A model generated the notes under the pieces. The model was not told the origin of the DNA. It did no database searches and saw only the letters and a list, made by a program, of their open reading frames with translations. From Felis catus (Eukaryota): a stretch of DNA of 64,000 nucleotides. A program made the translations under genes and the position numbers. Positions within the stretch are counted from its first letter, which is position 1. Each line of letters begins with the position of its first letter. The DNA lies in the NCBI RefSeq assembly GCF_018350175.1, contig NC_058368.1:69628001-69692000 (forward strand), in the 5' to 3' direction. Shown here piece by piece: positions 62,240 through 64,000 of this stretch.

Positions 62240-63110
62240 CATTTAATCTAGCAGAGTCCCTCCCTATTTTTTCTTCATGATACCATCTTGTTGAAGAAAC
62301 AGGACCAGTTATACTCTAAAATATCCTACCTTCTAAATTTGTCAGATTTCTTCCTTGTGGTGCCACTTAGTTTCTTCCTCTATCCTCTGCATTTCCAGAA
62401 AACTGGAAGTTAGTTCTATAGGCCTGATGGATCAAGTTGAATATTTTTGGCCAGAATCTACCAGAAGTGATGTGAACTTCCTATTTCATGAATGGTACTA
62501 AGATTCATCATTGAATTAGGGTGGTGATGTTCTGATCTTGCCATTGTGAGGCAAAGTCATGTTACTTTGTCTTTATGCAAATGTCCAATCTCCTGAATGG
62601 TTTTTACAGCGATTCACAGTGCTTGCCAGAGTCCATAATTTCTTTAGATGTCATGGAATGAGGATTCTTGCTGTTATTATGAGTTGGCATACTTCTGTAA
62701 AGAACTTTGCCTCATTTTCCTGTATATCCTGAAATACCCCTTCTATTGAGAGAGGCAGATTCCAGACTCAAGTTTTTGGTTAGGTTACCAAGTTTTGAAT
62801 AAAGAATTGCTTCAGTAGTCTCCAATGGTGATACATTTTCTGGCTTTCTCATTGAATACTGAAATGAACTCAACAATTTTCATCAATTCCATGTGTTTTG
62901 AGTCACTTTAATTATTCTTGTTGCTACTCACGTTGCCACAGCCTTGGCGAGTGGACATCCCTTCAAGATGTTTCTTTTGCTTTTTTAATACAGCCCATGT
63001 ATATTTCAAAGCTGCCTTGCTTTCTGCCATCACTCGATATTTCAGGCCCACTTTGTACCTCTCCTTACCAGATACCTGAAATCCACCATTTCTCTATGGA
63101 GAAAATTTAG
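62240..63110 (-). mobile_element. Ancient L1ME-like fragment
   Basis: ttgaagaaacaggaccagtt, aaactggaagttagttcta, tgaaatccaccatttctc. Confidence 0.55.
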
Positions 63111-63197
63111 GAGTTCATATTGATTTTTTTCAAATCAGTTTTTACGTTGCACTATTTTTTATTTAATTTCTTTTATTTATAAATACCTTATCTCTTG

Positions 63198-63441
63198 CCA
63201 CACCTGGGCTCAGTTGGTTGTGTGTCTGACTCTTAATTTCGGCTCAGGTCATGATCCCAGGGTTGTGGGAATGAGCCTTGCACAGGGTTCTGTGCTGAGC
63301 CGGGAGCCTACTTGGGACTCTCTCTCTCTCTCTCTCTCACTCTCTCACTCTCTCCTCCTCCTCCTCCTCCTCCTCCTCCTCCTCCCCTGCTTGTGCATGC
63401 TCTCTCTCTCTCTCTCTCTCTTTTTCTCTCTCTCAAAATAA
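63198..63441 (+). mobile_element. Can-SINE with (CT)n and (CTC)~11 in the linker
   Basis: SINE body. TSD-like aa(a/g)tacc..tctctt. Confidence 0.88.
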
Positions 63442-63742
63442 GTACCCCTTCTCTTTTACCAAAAAATGTTTACTTGCTTTATTCCGCAATATAAAGAAAA
63501 TATAACTTTAAACTAAATTCAGTTTTACAGATCTGGTAACTGAGGCTTTTGGAAGAACCTAAGTGAATATTACACCACACAAAAAAACACACTCTTGTCT
63601 TTCCAATTCCATTGGCAAAAAAAGTTGTTCCTAACCATAATAAGCTATTGTTATTATCTGAGCCTTATGTTTTAGTATATTTGATCTGTGGAAAAAAAAT
63701 TATACCCTGAAAAAATTATAGAGTGGCAAGATACAGCCTTGG

Positions 63743-63966
63743 GTTTTTGTTTTTGTTTTGTTTTTTTTTTTAAGTTTATTTGGAGAGAGAGAGAAAAAGA
63801 GTGAGTGGGGGAGGGGCAGTGAGCGAGGGAGAGAGAGAATCCCAAGCAGGCTCCACGCTATCAGTGCAGAGCCGGACTCAAGGCTCAAACTTGCAAACTA
63901 TGAGATCATGATCTGAGCCAAAACTAAGAAGTGGAAGCTTAACTGACTGAGCCATTCAGGTGCTCC
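63743..63966 (-). mobile_element. Can-SINE with (GTTTT)n tail
   Basis: SINE body. Confidence 0.88.
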
Positions 63967-64000
63967 GTCTTAGGTCTTTGTATGGAGAGGCACAGCCATA

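Overview
Felid (probably domestic cat) genomic DNA lying entirely inside the FARP1 gene on the + strand. Only 227 coding bases are present. They form three internal exons with canonical AG/GT sites (34256-34360, 53602-53644, 56138-56216) that splice in frame to QRAPGKVLLDAVCNHLNLVEGDYFGLEFPDHKKIT-VWLDLLKPIVKQIR-RPKHVVVKFVVKFFPPDHTQLQEELT(R), the N-lobe of the FARP1 FERM domain. The rest is intron containing about 44 tRNA-derived Can-SINEs, fragments of old L1M, L2 and MIR elements, one short young felid L1 3' end, MaLR (MLT1-type) solo LTRs, DNA-transposon MITEs (Tigger2-type, MER33, MER58, MER5) and simple repeats. Almost all ORFs in the track are repeat-derived or chance ORFs. I found no evidence of a new gene or biological system. 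The notable observations are small-scale: retroelement tails converted to (AGG)n, including a ~410 bp polypyrimidine tract ending in a splice-acceptor-like motif; a poly(A)-only insertion with a target-site duplication (TSD); a SINE with extra 3' sequence; nested and overlapping insertions; inverted SINEs around exons 4-5; and a hairpin next to a GC-box/ETS motif cluster. Repeat family names come from recalled consensus sequences, and boundaries of old repeats are approximate.
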